Part shown: in pieces, positions 9,182 through 17,747 of the stretch
How positions within the stretch are numbered: position 1 is the first letter of the stretch
Layout of the letters: every line of letters begins with the position of its first letter
DNA from: Archangium sp.
GTDB taxonomy: Bacteria > Myxococcota > Myxococcia > Myxococcales > Myxococcaceae
Assembly (NCBI GenBank): GCA_031367385.1
Contig: JANLPS010000195.1
Coordinates: forward strand, 1 to 20,952
Length of the DNA stretch: 20,952 nt
Direction of reading: 5' to 3'
Made by a program: the position numbers and the translations under genes
The notes under the pieces: model-generated
What the model was told of the DNA's origin: nothing
What the model saw: the letters and a program-made list of their open reading frames with translations, nothing else
The model's database searches: none

Positions 9182-12100
9182 ATGCGAACCCTCTCCCACA
9201 CGAAGATCGCGGTCGTCGGCATGGGCCTTCGGCTGCCCGGCGCGTCGAAGCCGAGCGAGTTGGTGCAGCTGTTGCGAGCCGGTCGGTCAGCGGTCTGCGA
9301 GTTTCCGCCCGACCGGTTCACCCTGGGCGACTTGTACGACCCCGAGCCCGGCACTCCGGGCAAGATCTACGTTCGCTCGGCGGGGTTTCTTCGCGACGTG
9401 AAGACCTTTGACCACGCCTTCTTCGGCATCTCGCACGCCGAGGCCACCGCGATGGACCCGCAGCAGCGGCTGCTCCTGGAGCTGGCCTGGGAGGCGCTGG
9501 AGGACGCTGGGTTTGCGCCCGATGCCACGCGCGGCCGTCGAGTCGGCACCTGGGTCGGGTTGTCGAGCAATGACTCGCTGCGGCTGACGCCGATCGTGCT
9601 CGAGAAGCTCGATCACCAGTGGGCCACGGCAAATGCCTTTTCGTTGGCCTCGAATCGGCTGTCGTACTTCTACGATTGGCACGGGCCCAGCGAGACCATC
9701 GACACCGCCTGCTCGTCGTCGTTGGTGGCCATACATCGGGCCTGCGAGAGCCTCGCTTCTGGAGAGTGCGACCTGGCCCTGGCGGGCGGGGCCAACCTGA
9801 TGCTCACGCCAGACACATTCGTGACCTTCTGTCGGGCCGGCGTGCTCTCTCGCGACGCGGTGGTGAGAGCGTTCGATGCCGGCGCCAACGGGTATGTGCG
9901 AGGCGAGGGTGGGGGGTTGGTCGTGCTCAAACGCGCAGACCAGGCCCAAGCCGACGGAGACCGGATCTATGCGCTGGTGAGCGGCTCGGCGACCAATCAG
10001 GCCGGTCGAACCAACGGCATGATGGCGCCCAGCGGAGCCTATCAGCTCGAGGTGATTCGCAGCGCGCTCAACGCCGGCGGCATCGACCCGGCGCGGGTCG
10101 ATTCAATCGAAGCCCATGGCACCGGTACCGCCCTGGGAGACCCGATCGAGGCACGCGCGATCGGCGAGGCGCTGTCGGCACGAAGGTCATCGGCGCCCTG
10201 CCAGCTGGGGTCGATCAAGACCAACATCGGTCACCTCGAAGCTGCCGCGGGCGTGGCCGGCTTCATCAAAATGGCGCTTTCGCTGCACGGCAAAGAGGTG
10301 TTCCCCTCGCTCAATTTCGAGCGGGGCAACCCGCTGATCAAGTTCAAAGAATGGAACCTGAGCGTCGCGACGGCCCACGCAGCGTGGGGCCCGCCAGTGA
10401 CCGGGCTGGCCAGGGTTGGCGGGGTCAGCTCGTTTGGTTTCGGTGGCACTCACGCCCACTGCGTTCTCGAAGAGTCGACCGCGCCCCAGCGGCCCTCGCT
10501 CGAGCGCAGTCAGGGCTGGCTGACGTGGTCGGGTCAGACGCCGGTCGGCCTCAAGGCGCAGGGTCACCTGCTCAGCGCAGCGCTCGAACGGCCGGGGGCC
10601 TCGCTCGATGATGTGTGTGCCGCCTCACTCCACGATCGCTCTGCGCTCGACTGGCGCGCGGCCGTCACCGCCGACAGCGCAGAAGAGGCACGTCAGCTGA
10701 TCGATTCGTTTATACGCGGCGAGCCGCAACCCAGAGTCGTGAGCGCCGACGCCCGACCCGGGCGGCGGTCCGAGGTGGTCTTGGTCTTCTCGGGTCAAGG
10801 CACCCAGTGGGAGGGCATGGCCAAAGAGCTGCTTGGCGCTGAGCCCGCATTTCGCGAGGCCTTCGAGGCCTGTGACCAGGCGTTGCAGGCTGCCGGCGCG
10901 CCTTCGCCGCTTCGAATCATCTCCGAGTCATGGCGCGGGCTGCAGCCGGCGACCGACGCCAACCAGGCGCTGCTCTTCGCCTACCAGATCGCCCTCGCGC
11001 GCACCTACCTCGCCCACGGCGTGAACGTCGCGGCGGTGATCGGCCACAGCCTGGGTGAAGTCTCGGCGGCGCACCTGTGTGGCGCTCTCACGTTGCCCGA
11101 CGCGGCCAGGTTGATCTTCGAGCGGGGTCGGGTCTACCTGTCGATGCGGGGCAAGGGCGGCATGCTCAGCGTCGCGCTCAACCGGCGAGATGCCGAGCAG
11201 GCGATCGCGGCCCACAGCACCAAGGTCTCGATCGCAGCCCGCAACGGGCCCCAGACGACGCTGCTCTCGGGCGACTTGCCGTCGCTCGAGGCCATCGCTG
11301 CGCAGCTGAAGGAGCGTGGGGTCTACAATCGGTTCGCAGACGTCGATGGCGTGCCCGGTCACAGCCCGGCGGTTGATTCGGCACGCGCGCGTCTGGTCTC
11401 GACGCTCGAGGGGCTGGCGCCGAGCCGGTCAGAGGTTCGTTTTTTCTCGACCGTCACCGCTGGAGAGCTCGCCGCAGACCAGCTCGGCGCCGAGTATTGG
11501 GGGCGCAACCTTCGCGAGACGGTCGCGTTCGCCGAGGCGGTGAACGCGGCGAATGAAGCTCTGGTTCGACCGACCTTCATCGAGGTCGGCCCCCACCCGA
11601 GCCTCTCGGCGGGCATCTCCTTGTTGCTGGCCGAGGCGCCGCCCACCCTGGTGGTCTCCCCGATGCGCCGCTTCGAGAGTGAAGCCCGAGCGCTGCGCAC
11701 CGCGCTCTCGACACTGTACGTGCACGGAGTGCTCAGCGACCGAGCGAAGCTTGGCCCGCGAGGGCCTCGGGTCGAGCTGCCGTTGCAGCACTTCGAGCGA
11801 GTTCGCTGCTGGCGCACCGACGGCCCGTACTCCCCCCCGAGCCTTGCTGACGCGTTCAAGGGGGCGCGGGCCTTCGAGGGCAGAAGAACCGACCTGGCCT
11901 CGAGCTTGGGGAGGTCGGTCTTCGAGCTGCGGCTCGACCTCGAGCGCTGGGCGTTCTTGCTTGATCACTGCATCGAGGGGGTGCCGGTGCTGCCCGGCGC
12001 GGCGTATGTGGAAATGGTGTTGGCCTGTGGGGCCAGCCTCTTCGAGTCGCTCGACTTCGAGCTCGTCGATGTGCGCTTCGAACGGCTGTTGGTGCTCAAG

Positions 12101-15100
12101 CCTTCACAGACGGTCTCGATGCAGGTCACCACCACCCTCGCCGATGACGGGCACTTCGAGGTGACCATTCACAGCCTCCAGGCGGGTGGGCGGTGGCAGC
12201 AGCATCTTCGCTGCCAACTGCGCTCTGCCTCGCGGGTCGAGCCGCCCCCGCGTGCGTTCGGCGAGCTGGCGCCGGTCGAGCCCACCTTCTACGAGCGGCT
12301 GCAGTCGGGAGGGCTCGACTACCGCGCGGCCTTTCGCGGGCTCGAGCGGCTGAGCGCGCAGGGTGCAGTGGCCGAATCGAAGGCCAGGCTGCCGAAAGCA
12401 GCCGGGTCGGCCTCGCCCTTCATTGTGCACCCTGCGTTGCTCGATGCCAGCTGGCACGCGATGGTGCCCCTGGTCGAGAACCTCACGCCGGGCATCACCG
12501 ATCTCGCGTTCGTGCCAGTGTCGATCGCTCGCATGCGGGTCTTTCGGCCGGCGGGGAGCGCGCTGTGTGCCGCGTCTTCACTCGAGGCCGTTGCCTCGGG
12601 CGACGAGCGCCTGGCGCGGTTCGACTTTTACGAGCCGGCCGGGGCGGCGGTCGCGCAGGTCGAGGGCTTTCGCGTGCAGCGCCTGACCCGAGAGCTGGCC
12701 ACTGCATCGGTGGCTGACCCCTCGACCTGGTTGGTCGAGCATGTCTGGCGCCCGGTGGTACCGGCTGCGAGCGACGAGACGCCTCGCGCGTTTCTGGTCT
12801 TGGGTGAAGCCGATGAAGTCACCCAGCGGCTGTGCGCCGCGCTGACCCGAAAAGGGCACCGCGTGGAGCGACTGCACGAGGCCACCGATCACGCGCTGCA
12901 CGAGCTCTCGTCGAAGGTCAGGGTGATCGACGCGCGCCCGCTCGCTGCTCCAGCAGACCCGATCGACCCGAGCGCCCACGAGCTCGGCTTTCGAGTTGGG
13001 GTCGAAGAGCCCCGTCGGCTGGCGCAGCAGGCCTTGAGGGCCGGAGCGACGGTCTGGTGGCTGACCCGCTATGCGCAGCCCGTCGATGACGGCGAGGTCG
13101 CGAACCCATTCGGTATGGCCTTGTGGGCGTTGGCGCGCAGCTTTGGAATCGAGGCTGGGCCGAGGCGATCGCAGTGCGTCGATGTGGGTGCGGCCGGCGA
13201 GGCCGAGCTGGCGTCGCTGGTTCAACTGCTGTGCAGCGAGCCGCTCGATGATCAATGGGCGCTGCGCGGCGAGCGGGTGCTGTCGCTGCGCCTCGAGCGA
13301 GCCGCCCTGAAGTCGGCCCCGGCTCCGAAGGCCCTGCGCGGCGATGGCGCCTACCTGCTCACCGGTGCCTTCGGGGGTCTCGGCCCCCGCATCACCCAGT
13401 GGCTCGTCGATTCGGGCGCGCGACACCTGGTGCTGCTTGGTCGTCGGCTACCCGAGGCCTTGCTGGAGGACCCGCAGACGCGAGCGCACGGCGAGCAGCT
13501 GGTCGCGCTGCTCGAGCGGCTGACGCGGGCCGGCGTCGCGATTCACTTGGTTCAATGCGATGTCTCCAAGCTCGAGGAGGTCGAACGGCTCCCCGGCGAG
13601 CTTTCAAGGCGCGGCTGCCCGAAGGTCACCGGCGTCATTCACGCCGCGGGGCAATCGTCGATCGTCGGCGTCGGCCAGCTGACCTCTGCACAGCTGCGGC
13701 AGACCTGGGGCGCCAAGGCCAGCGCGGCGGCGTGGCTCGAGCGCGTCTTTGGCGGCTCCGAGCTCTCGCTGTGCCTGCAGTTCTCATCGGCCTCGGCGCT
13801 GTTTCATTCACCAGGCCTGGCTCACTACTCGGCCGCGAACGCGTTTCTCGACGGGCTTTCTCTTCGAGCGCGCTCACGTGGGCGATGCGGGCTGTCGGTC
13901 GCCTGGGGCACGTGGGCCGAAGCAGGCATGGCCGCCCGAGCGCTCGAGGCGGGTCACCAACTGCAGCGGGGCATGCGGGCCTTCACGCCGGCTGTGGCGC
14001 TCGAGCTGTTGGGCCAGCTCCGGGCCGACCCGGCGGGGGTCGTTGGGGTCGTTCGGGCCGACTGGCACGAGTGGTACCACCAGTACGGGGCCGCCGTGCC
14101 TGGGCGTCTGCTCGAGAACCTGGCCCGGGCCGAGACGCCCGCCGAGGGTTTGCTCCCGGGCCGGCCTTCGAGCCAAGACCTGCCGCAGTTTCTTCGCATC
14201 GAAGCGGCCAGGCTGTTGGGCATCGACCCCGCCATCATCGACGTCAACAAGCCCCTCACGTCGCTGGGGTTCGATTCGATGATGGCGGTGATGCTCAAGC
14301 AGCGTATCGAGGCCACGTTGGGGGTCGACCTGCCGGTCGTGCGCCTGATGGAGGGGCCGAGCCTGGCCTCGCTCGCCCAGACGCTTGGCAGCGACGGAGC
14401 GGCCACGACCCGGAGCGCCCCAGCGCCGGCCATCGACCTGAGCCTCGAGGTGACCCTGCCCGAGCACATCGTGGCCCACGGCCCGCCGGCTAACCCTTCG
14501 GAGTGCCGGCAGATCTTGCTCACCGGCGCGACTGGGTTCTTGGGGGGCTTCTTGTTCGAGGCGCTGCTGCGCGAGCGCCAGGCCCAGGTGATTTGCCTGG
14601 TTCGCGCCGGCTCCGACGCCGAGGCAGAGCGACGTGTTCGCCAAGCCGCTCGCAGCTTGAGCATCTCGTTGGATCGCTTCGAAGGGCGCATGCGCTTCAT
14701 TAGCGGCGACCTAGCCCAGCCCCGGTTCGGCTTGAGCGAAGGGGCCTGGCGCGCGCTGCACTCGGTCGACGAAATCGTTCACTGCGGAGCCTGGGTGAAT
14801 TTTCTGCAGGAGTACGGCGCGCTCAAGGCGCCCAACGTCGATGGCACCCGCACGGTGCTCGAGTTGGCCACCAGCGGCAAGCGCACCCGACGGGTTCATT
14901 TCGTCTCGACCTTGTCTTTGTTTTTCTTCGACTACGGCGATGTGCCGGTCGTCGATGAGACCACCGCCCCCGACCGAAACCGGGGGCTGCGGTTGGGCTA
15001 CGTGAAGTCCAAATGGGTCGCCGATCGCATCTGCGCGCTGGCCCGCACCCGCGGCATTCCGGTGACGATTCATCGGCCGGCCGACATTGCGCCCCACAGC

Positions 15101-15625
15101 CGCTCGGGGGTCTTCAACGAAGAAGACTTCATCTCGCGCCTCACGCTCGGGTCTGCCCGGCTCGGCTTCGCCCCTGACCGCCCGTCGCAGGTCGAGGCCT
15201 GGCCCGTCGACTTCGTCGCGCACACCATCGCTCGCCTGACCGGCGCCGGAGCCGCGGCTGGGCTCGATTTTCACCTGACCGGGCCGGCGCCGGTCTCGTG
15301 GTCGAGCGTGCTCGAAGCGCTCAGGGCCAACGGGCTCTCGGTGCAGGTCGAGCCGGTCGAGCTGTGGCGCTCGAAGCTGGCGCAGCGCCTGGGCGTTGAT
15401 CACGAGAACCCGCTGTTCGCGATGCAATCGCTGTGGACGCAACGAGAGGCCGGTGACTCGTTGGGGTTTACCGAAGCCTACATCGGCAGCCAGATACCCG
15501 GTTTTCGACGGCGGCAGACGCTTGCCGTGCTGGGAGACGAGCCCTGGCTTCAGAAGGGCATCGACGCGCAGATGTTGGAGCGATATTTTCGCCGCGCCGG
15601 TTTGTTGCCAAAGACGACCGGCTAA
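9182..15625 (+). CDS. Single-module type I PKS: KS-AT-DH-KR-ACP-thioester reductase (R), about 2147 aa
   Basis: KS: DTACSSS (Cys 9710), EAHGTGT, NIGHLEAAAG. AT: GHSLGE (Ser 11048) and VDGVPGHS. DH: HCIEGVPVLPG (His 11966) and HPALLD (Asp 12443). KR: TGAFGGLG, FSSAS, HYSAAN (Tyr 13826). ACP: LGFDSMM (Ser 14276). R: LLTGATGFLG, NVDGT, YVKSKW. No room for an ER domain. Alternative in-frame TTG start at 9176. Confidence 0.95.
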   Translation: MRTLSHTKIAVVGMGLRLPGASKPSELVQLLRAGRSAVCEFPPDRFTLGDLYDPEPGTPGKIYVRSAGFLRDVKTFDHAFFGISHAEATAMDPQQRLLLELAWEALEDAGFAPDATRGRRVGTWVGLSSNDSLRLTPIVLEKLDHQWATANAFSLASNRLSYFYDWHGPSETIDTACSSSLVAIHRACESLASGECDLALAGGANLMLTPDTFVTFCRAGVLSRDAVVRAFDAGANGYVRGEGGGLVVLKRADQAQADGDRIYALVSGSATNQAGRTNGMMAPSGAYQLEVIRSALNAGGIDPARVDSIEAHGTGTALGDPIEARAIGEALSARRSSAPCQLGSIKTNIGHLEAAAGVAGFIKMALSLHGKEVFPSLNFERGNPLIKFKEWNLSVATAHAAWGPPVTGLARVGGVSSFGFGGTHAHCVLEESTAPQRPSLERSQGWLTWSGQTPVGLKAQGHLLSAALERPGASLDDVCAASLHDRSALDWRAAVTADSAEEARQLIDSFIRGEPQPRVVSADARPGRRSEVVLVFSGQGTQWEGMAKELLGAEPAFREAFEACDQALQAAGAPSPLRIISESWRGLQPATDANQALLFAYQIALARTYLAHGVNVAAVIGHSLGEVSAAHLCGALTLPDAARLIFERGRVYLSMRGKGGMLSVALNRRDAEQAIAAHSTKVSIAARNGPQTTLLSGDLPSLEAIAAQLKERGVYNRFADVDGVPGHSPAVDSARARLVSTLEGLAPSRSEVRFFSTVTAGELAADQLGAEYWGRNLRETVAFAEAVNAANEALVRPTFIEVGPHPSLSAGISLLLAEAPPTLVVSPMRRFESEARALRTALSTLYVHGVLSDRAKLGPRGPRVELPLQHFERVRCWRTDGPYSPPSLADAFKGARAFEGRRTDLASSLGRSVFELRLDLERWAFLLDHCIEGVPVLPGAAYVEMVLACGASLFESLDFELVDVRFERLLVLKPSQTVSMQVTTTLADDGHFEVTIHSLQAGGRWQQHLRCQLRSASRVEPPPRAFGELAPVEPTFYERLQSGGLDYRAAFRGLERLSAQGAVAESKARLPKAAGSASPFIVHPALLDASWHAMVPLVENLTPGITDLAFVPVSIARMRVFRPAGSALCAASSLEAVASGDERLARFDFYEPAGAAVAQVEGFRVQRLTRELATASVADPSTWLVEHVWRPVVPAASDETPRAFLVLGEADEVTQRLCAALTRKGHRVERLHEATDHALHELSSKVRVIDARPLAAPADPIDPSAHELGFRVGVEEPRRLAQQALRAGATVWWLTRYAQPVDDGEVANPFGMALWALARSFGIEAGPRRSQCVDVGAAGEAELASLVQLLCSEPLDDQWALRGERVLSLRLERAALKSAPAPKALRGDGAYLLTGAFGGLGPRITQWLVDSGARHLVLLGRRLPEALLEDPQTRAHGEQLVALLERLTRAGVAIHLVQCDVSKLEEVERLPGELSRRGCPKVTGVIHAAGQSSIVGVGQLTSAQLRQTWGAKASAAAWLERVFGGSELSLCLQFSSASALFHSPGLAHYSAANAFLDGLSLRARSRGRCGLSVAWGTWAEAGMAARALEAGHQLQRGMRAFTPAVALELLGQLRADPAGVVGVVRADWHEWYHQYGAAVPGRLLENLARAETPAEGLLPGRPSSQDLPQFLRIEAARLLGIDPAIIDVNKPLTSLGFDSMMAVMLKQRIEATLGVDLPVVRLMEGPSLASLAQTLGSDGAATTRSAPAPAIDLSLEVTLPEHIVAHGPPANPSECRQILLTGATGFLGGFLFEALLRERQAQVICLVRAGSDAEAERRVRQAARSLSISLDRFEGRMRFISGDLAQPRFGLSEGAWRALHSVDEIVHCGAWVNFLQEYGALKAPNVDGTRTVLELATSGKRTRRVHFVSTLSLFFFDYGDVPVVDETTAPDRNRGLRLGYVKSKWVADRICALARTRGIPVTIHRPADIAPHSRSGVFNEEDFISRLTLGSARLGFAPDRPSQVEAWPVDFVAHTIARLTGAGAAAGLDFHLTGPAPVSWSSVLEALRANGLSVQVEPVELWRSKLAQRLGVDHENPLFAMQSLWTQREAGDSLGFTEAYIGSQIPGFRRRQTLAVLGDEPWLQKGIDAQMLERYFRRAGLLPKTTG

Positions 15626-15676
15626 CGCACTCGGTTAGACCACTCTTCCCCACAGTGCCCCGTTTTCACCGAGCCC

Positions 15677-15685
15677 TGGTAGATT
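15677..15685 (+). promoter_or_regulatory. Candidate extended -10 promoter element (TGgTAGATT) for the STAS-kinase/HATPase gene pair
   Basis: TGnTAnnnT match in the short gap after the PKS stop. An in-frame TTG lies 7 nt downstream at 15693. Confidence 0.3.
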
Positions 15686-17747
15686 GGAGACCTTGTCCCC
15701 AGCACCTGATCAGCCGCAGTGCACCGTCGAGCGCTTGGTTCGCGGCTCGGGGTCATTGCTCAAGCTGTGCGGCACCATCGATCAAACCTTTGATTCGATG
15801 AGCTTCAGCCAGCAGTCAGTGGGCACCACGATTCTCGACCTCGACGGCGTGACGCGGATCACTTCGTTCGGCGTGCGGGAGTGGAACAAGGCCATTCAAC
15901 TGCTCAACGCGGCCTACCTGGGCTTCGTCAATGTGCGACCGGCGATGGTGACGCAGTTCAACGTGGTGGCGGGCGTCTCAGGCAACGGCCAGATCGCCTC
16001 GATGTACGTACCGTTCATTTGCCCGTTCTGCGACTCGGCGTTCGAGATTCTGTACGACTTGAGAAAAGACTTCGCGAAGCTCGAGCAGCTCGACGCCCAC
16101 CCGCCCCCGTGCCCTTCTTGTGCCAAGCCCAGCGAACTCGACGAACTGCCGATGGTGTACTTCAACTTCATCAACCGCCAAGGGCCTCCGACACCGCCGA
16201 ATGACTTCGACATGGTGCTCGAAGGCACCGCGAGCACCGCGCCCGCCAACTCGACGAGCCAAGAACGGGTACAACAAGAGGTCGAGGGTTCGGAGACCTA
16301 CCTGTGGCTCAACGGGCCGCTCGATGCGGGTTTAGGGCTGCGAAGGGTCGTCGACTCGCTCGAGGGTACTGTCGTGGTGGTGCTCCACGGCGTGACCGAG
16401 GTCGAGGTCGGGGCGGGCGCTCAAATCGCGAAGTTGCTCAAGTATGACGGTGGCCCTCTGTTCTTTGCCCGGGTGCCCCCGGCCGTGCGCGCGGTGCTCT
16501 CGGCTGCTGGCGCGAGCGCGCGCATCGGTTCGTGGTGGGTCAGCCAGACCTGCCCTCAGTGCGCGACCTCGATCGACTTCGAATTGACCCTCGCCGGCCC
16601 GAGGCCGGCTTGCCCGAAGTGCCAAGAACCGCTCGTCTTGACCACGCGACATGTCGCATTGGAGCGTGAGCTCACGACCCTGCCGGCGAGCGTCACCGCG
16701 GCGCTCGCGGGGCGTGCCGGGCCCAGAAAGGCCGTCGGGCGTGGCTCGTTTCTCTCGCGCTTCGAGGTGCTGCGAAAGATCGGTTCGGGAGGCATGGGCG
16801 AGGTGTACTTGGCTCGCATGAAAGGCCTGGGCGGCTTCGAGAAGCGCGTCGCGCTGAAGCGAATCTTGGCGGGGGTGGCCAAGGCACCCAATGGGGTCGA
16901 GATGTTCTTGTCAGAGGCGCGACTGGCCGCGCGGCTCTCGCATCGCAACATCGTGCAGATCTTCGACGTCGGCCACGAACGCGGTGAGTTCTACATCGCG
17001 CTCGAGTACGTCGATGGGCTCGACCTTCGGTCCATCTACGATTTGTGCAAGCAGACCAACCAGCTCGTGCCTGCGGCGATCGCGATGCAGCTGATCGCCG
17101 ACATCGCGGCCGGGTTGGGGGCTGCCCACGGTCACGTCGAGCCAGACGGCACCAGTCACGTCATCGTGCATCGCGACGTATCGCCCCACAATATTCTGAT
17201 TTCGGCCTCGGGCGAGGCGAAGATCACCGACTTTGGCATCGCGAAAATGGAGTCGGATGCCGATGCCACCCCAGCGTCGGTGACGAAGGGCAAGCTGTCG
17301 TATCTTGCGCCAGAGCAGGTTCGTCGCGAGGGCCCTCGGGCCGGCCTCGAGCCTCGAAGCGACATTTTTTCATTGGGCGTCGTGCTCTACCAAACCCTCA
17401 CGCTCAGCCACCCGTTCTCTAGCGCGAACGCGTATGACACCCTCAAGGCCGTGCTCGAGAAACCCATCACTTCGGTGTCGGAGCAGCGAGAACCGTTGCC
17501 GTTGATTGACGCCATCATTGCTCGAGCTACCGCCAAAGATCTCGCGACGAGGTACGCGACCGCTGAGGCCATGCGCGCCGACCTGCTCGCTGCCATTGGC
17601 TCACCTGCCCCCGACATCGCCGCCTGGCTCAGACCGTTGCTCAAATTGCGCGCCCCGACGGTCGGGCAACAGCCGACCGTGTGGTCGAGTGAAACCTCCA
17701 GTCGCGATGAAGAGTTGACCAAGGCCAGATCGTTCACGAAGACATGA
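15684..17747 (+). CDS. Ser/Thr protein kinase with two N-terminal STAS-like + CxxC/CxxC zinc-ribbon repeats
   Basis: Repeat 1: LKLCGTID..ILDLDGVTRITSFGVREW..CPFC..CPSC. Repeat 2: LWLNGPLD..VVVLHGVTEV..CPQC..CPKC. C-terminal kinase: IGSGGMGEVY, VALKRI, HRDVSPHN, DFGIAK, KGKLSYLAPEQ, SDIFSLG (myxobacterial Pkn style). The start is uncertain (TTG 15684 or 15693). Confidence 0.88.
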   Translation: METLSPAPDQPQCTVERLVRGSGSLLKLCGTIDQTFDSMSFSQQSVGTTILDLDGVTRITSFGVREWNKAIQLLNAAYLGFVNVRPAMVTQFNVVAGVSGNGQIASMYVPFICPFCDSAFEILYDLRKDFAKLEQLDAHPPPCPSCAKPSELDELPMVYFNFINRQGPPTPPNDFDMVLEGTASTAPANSTSQERVQQEVEGSETYLWLNGPLDAGLGLRRVVDSLEGTVVVVLHGVTEVEVGAGAQIAKLLKYDGGPLFFARVPPAVRAVLSAAGASARIGSWWVSQTCPQCATSIDFELTLAGPRPACPKCQEPLVLTTRHVALERELTTLPASVTAALAGRAGPRKAVGRGSFLSRFEVLRKIGSGGMGEVYLARMKGLGGFEKRVALKRILAGVAKAPNGVEMFLSEARLAARLSHRNIVQIFDVGHERGEFYIALEYVDGLDLRSIYDLCKQTNQLVPAAIAMQLIADIAAGLGAAHGHVEPDGTSHVIVHRDVSPHNILISASGEAKITDFGIAKMESDADATPASVTKGKLSYLAPEQVRREGPRAGLEPRSDIFSLGVVLYQTLTLSHPFSSANAYDTLKAVLEKPITSVSEQREPLPLIDAIIARATAKDLATRYATAEAMRADLLAAIGSPAPDIAAWLRPLLKLRAPTVGQQPTVWSSETSSRDEELTKARSFTKT

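Noticed and set aside
9140..9200. ACP and PKS as one frameshifted gene
   Set aside because: The ACP ends with a clean stop, the KS begins with its own ATG in another frame, and there is no slippery run or missing sequence.
13255..14493. 412-aa alternate-frame + strand ORF inside the PKS
   Set aside because: Arg/Ala/Gly/Pro-rich off-frame read. The PKS frame carries intact KR and ACP motifs here, so there is no frameshift.
7138..15625. Olefin synthase (OLS), PUFA synthase, or myxobacterial ether-lipid (ElbD-type) assignment
   Set aside because: No sulfotransferase-TE pair (OLS), no tandem ACPs or CLF (PUFA), and no fused acyltransferase (ElbD).
15630..15673. Inverted repeat CTCGGT..ACCGAG after the PKS stop as an intrinsic terminator
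   Set aside because: Only a 6-bp stem around a long interior, with no following U-tract.
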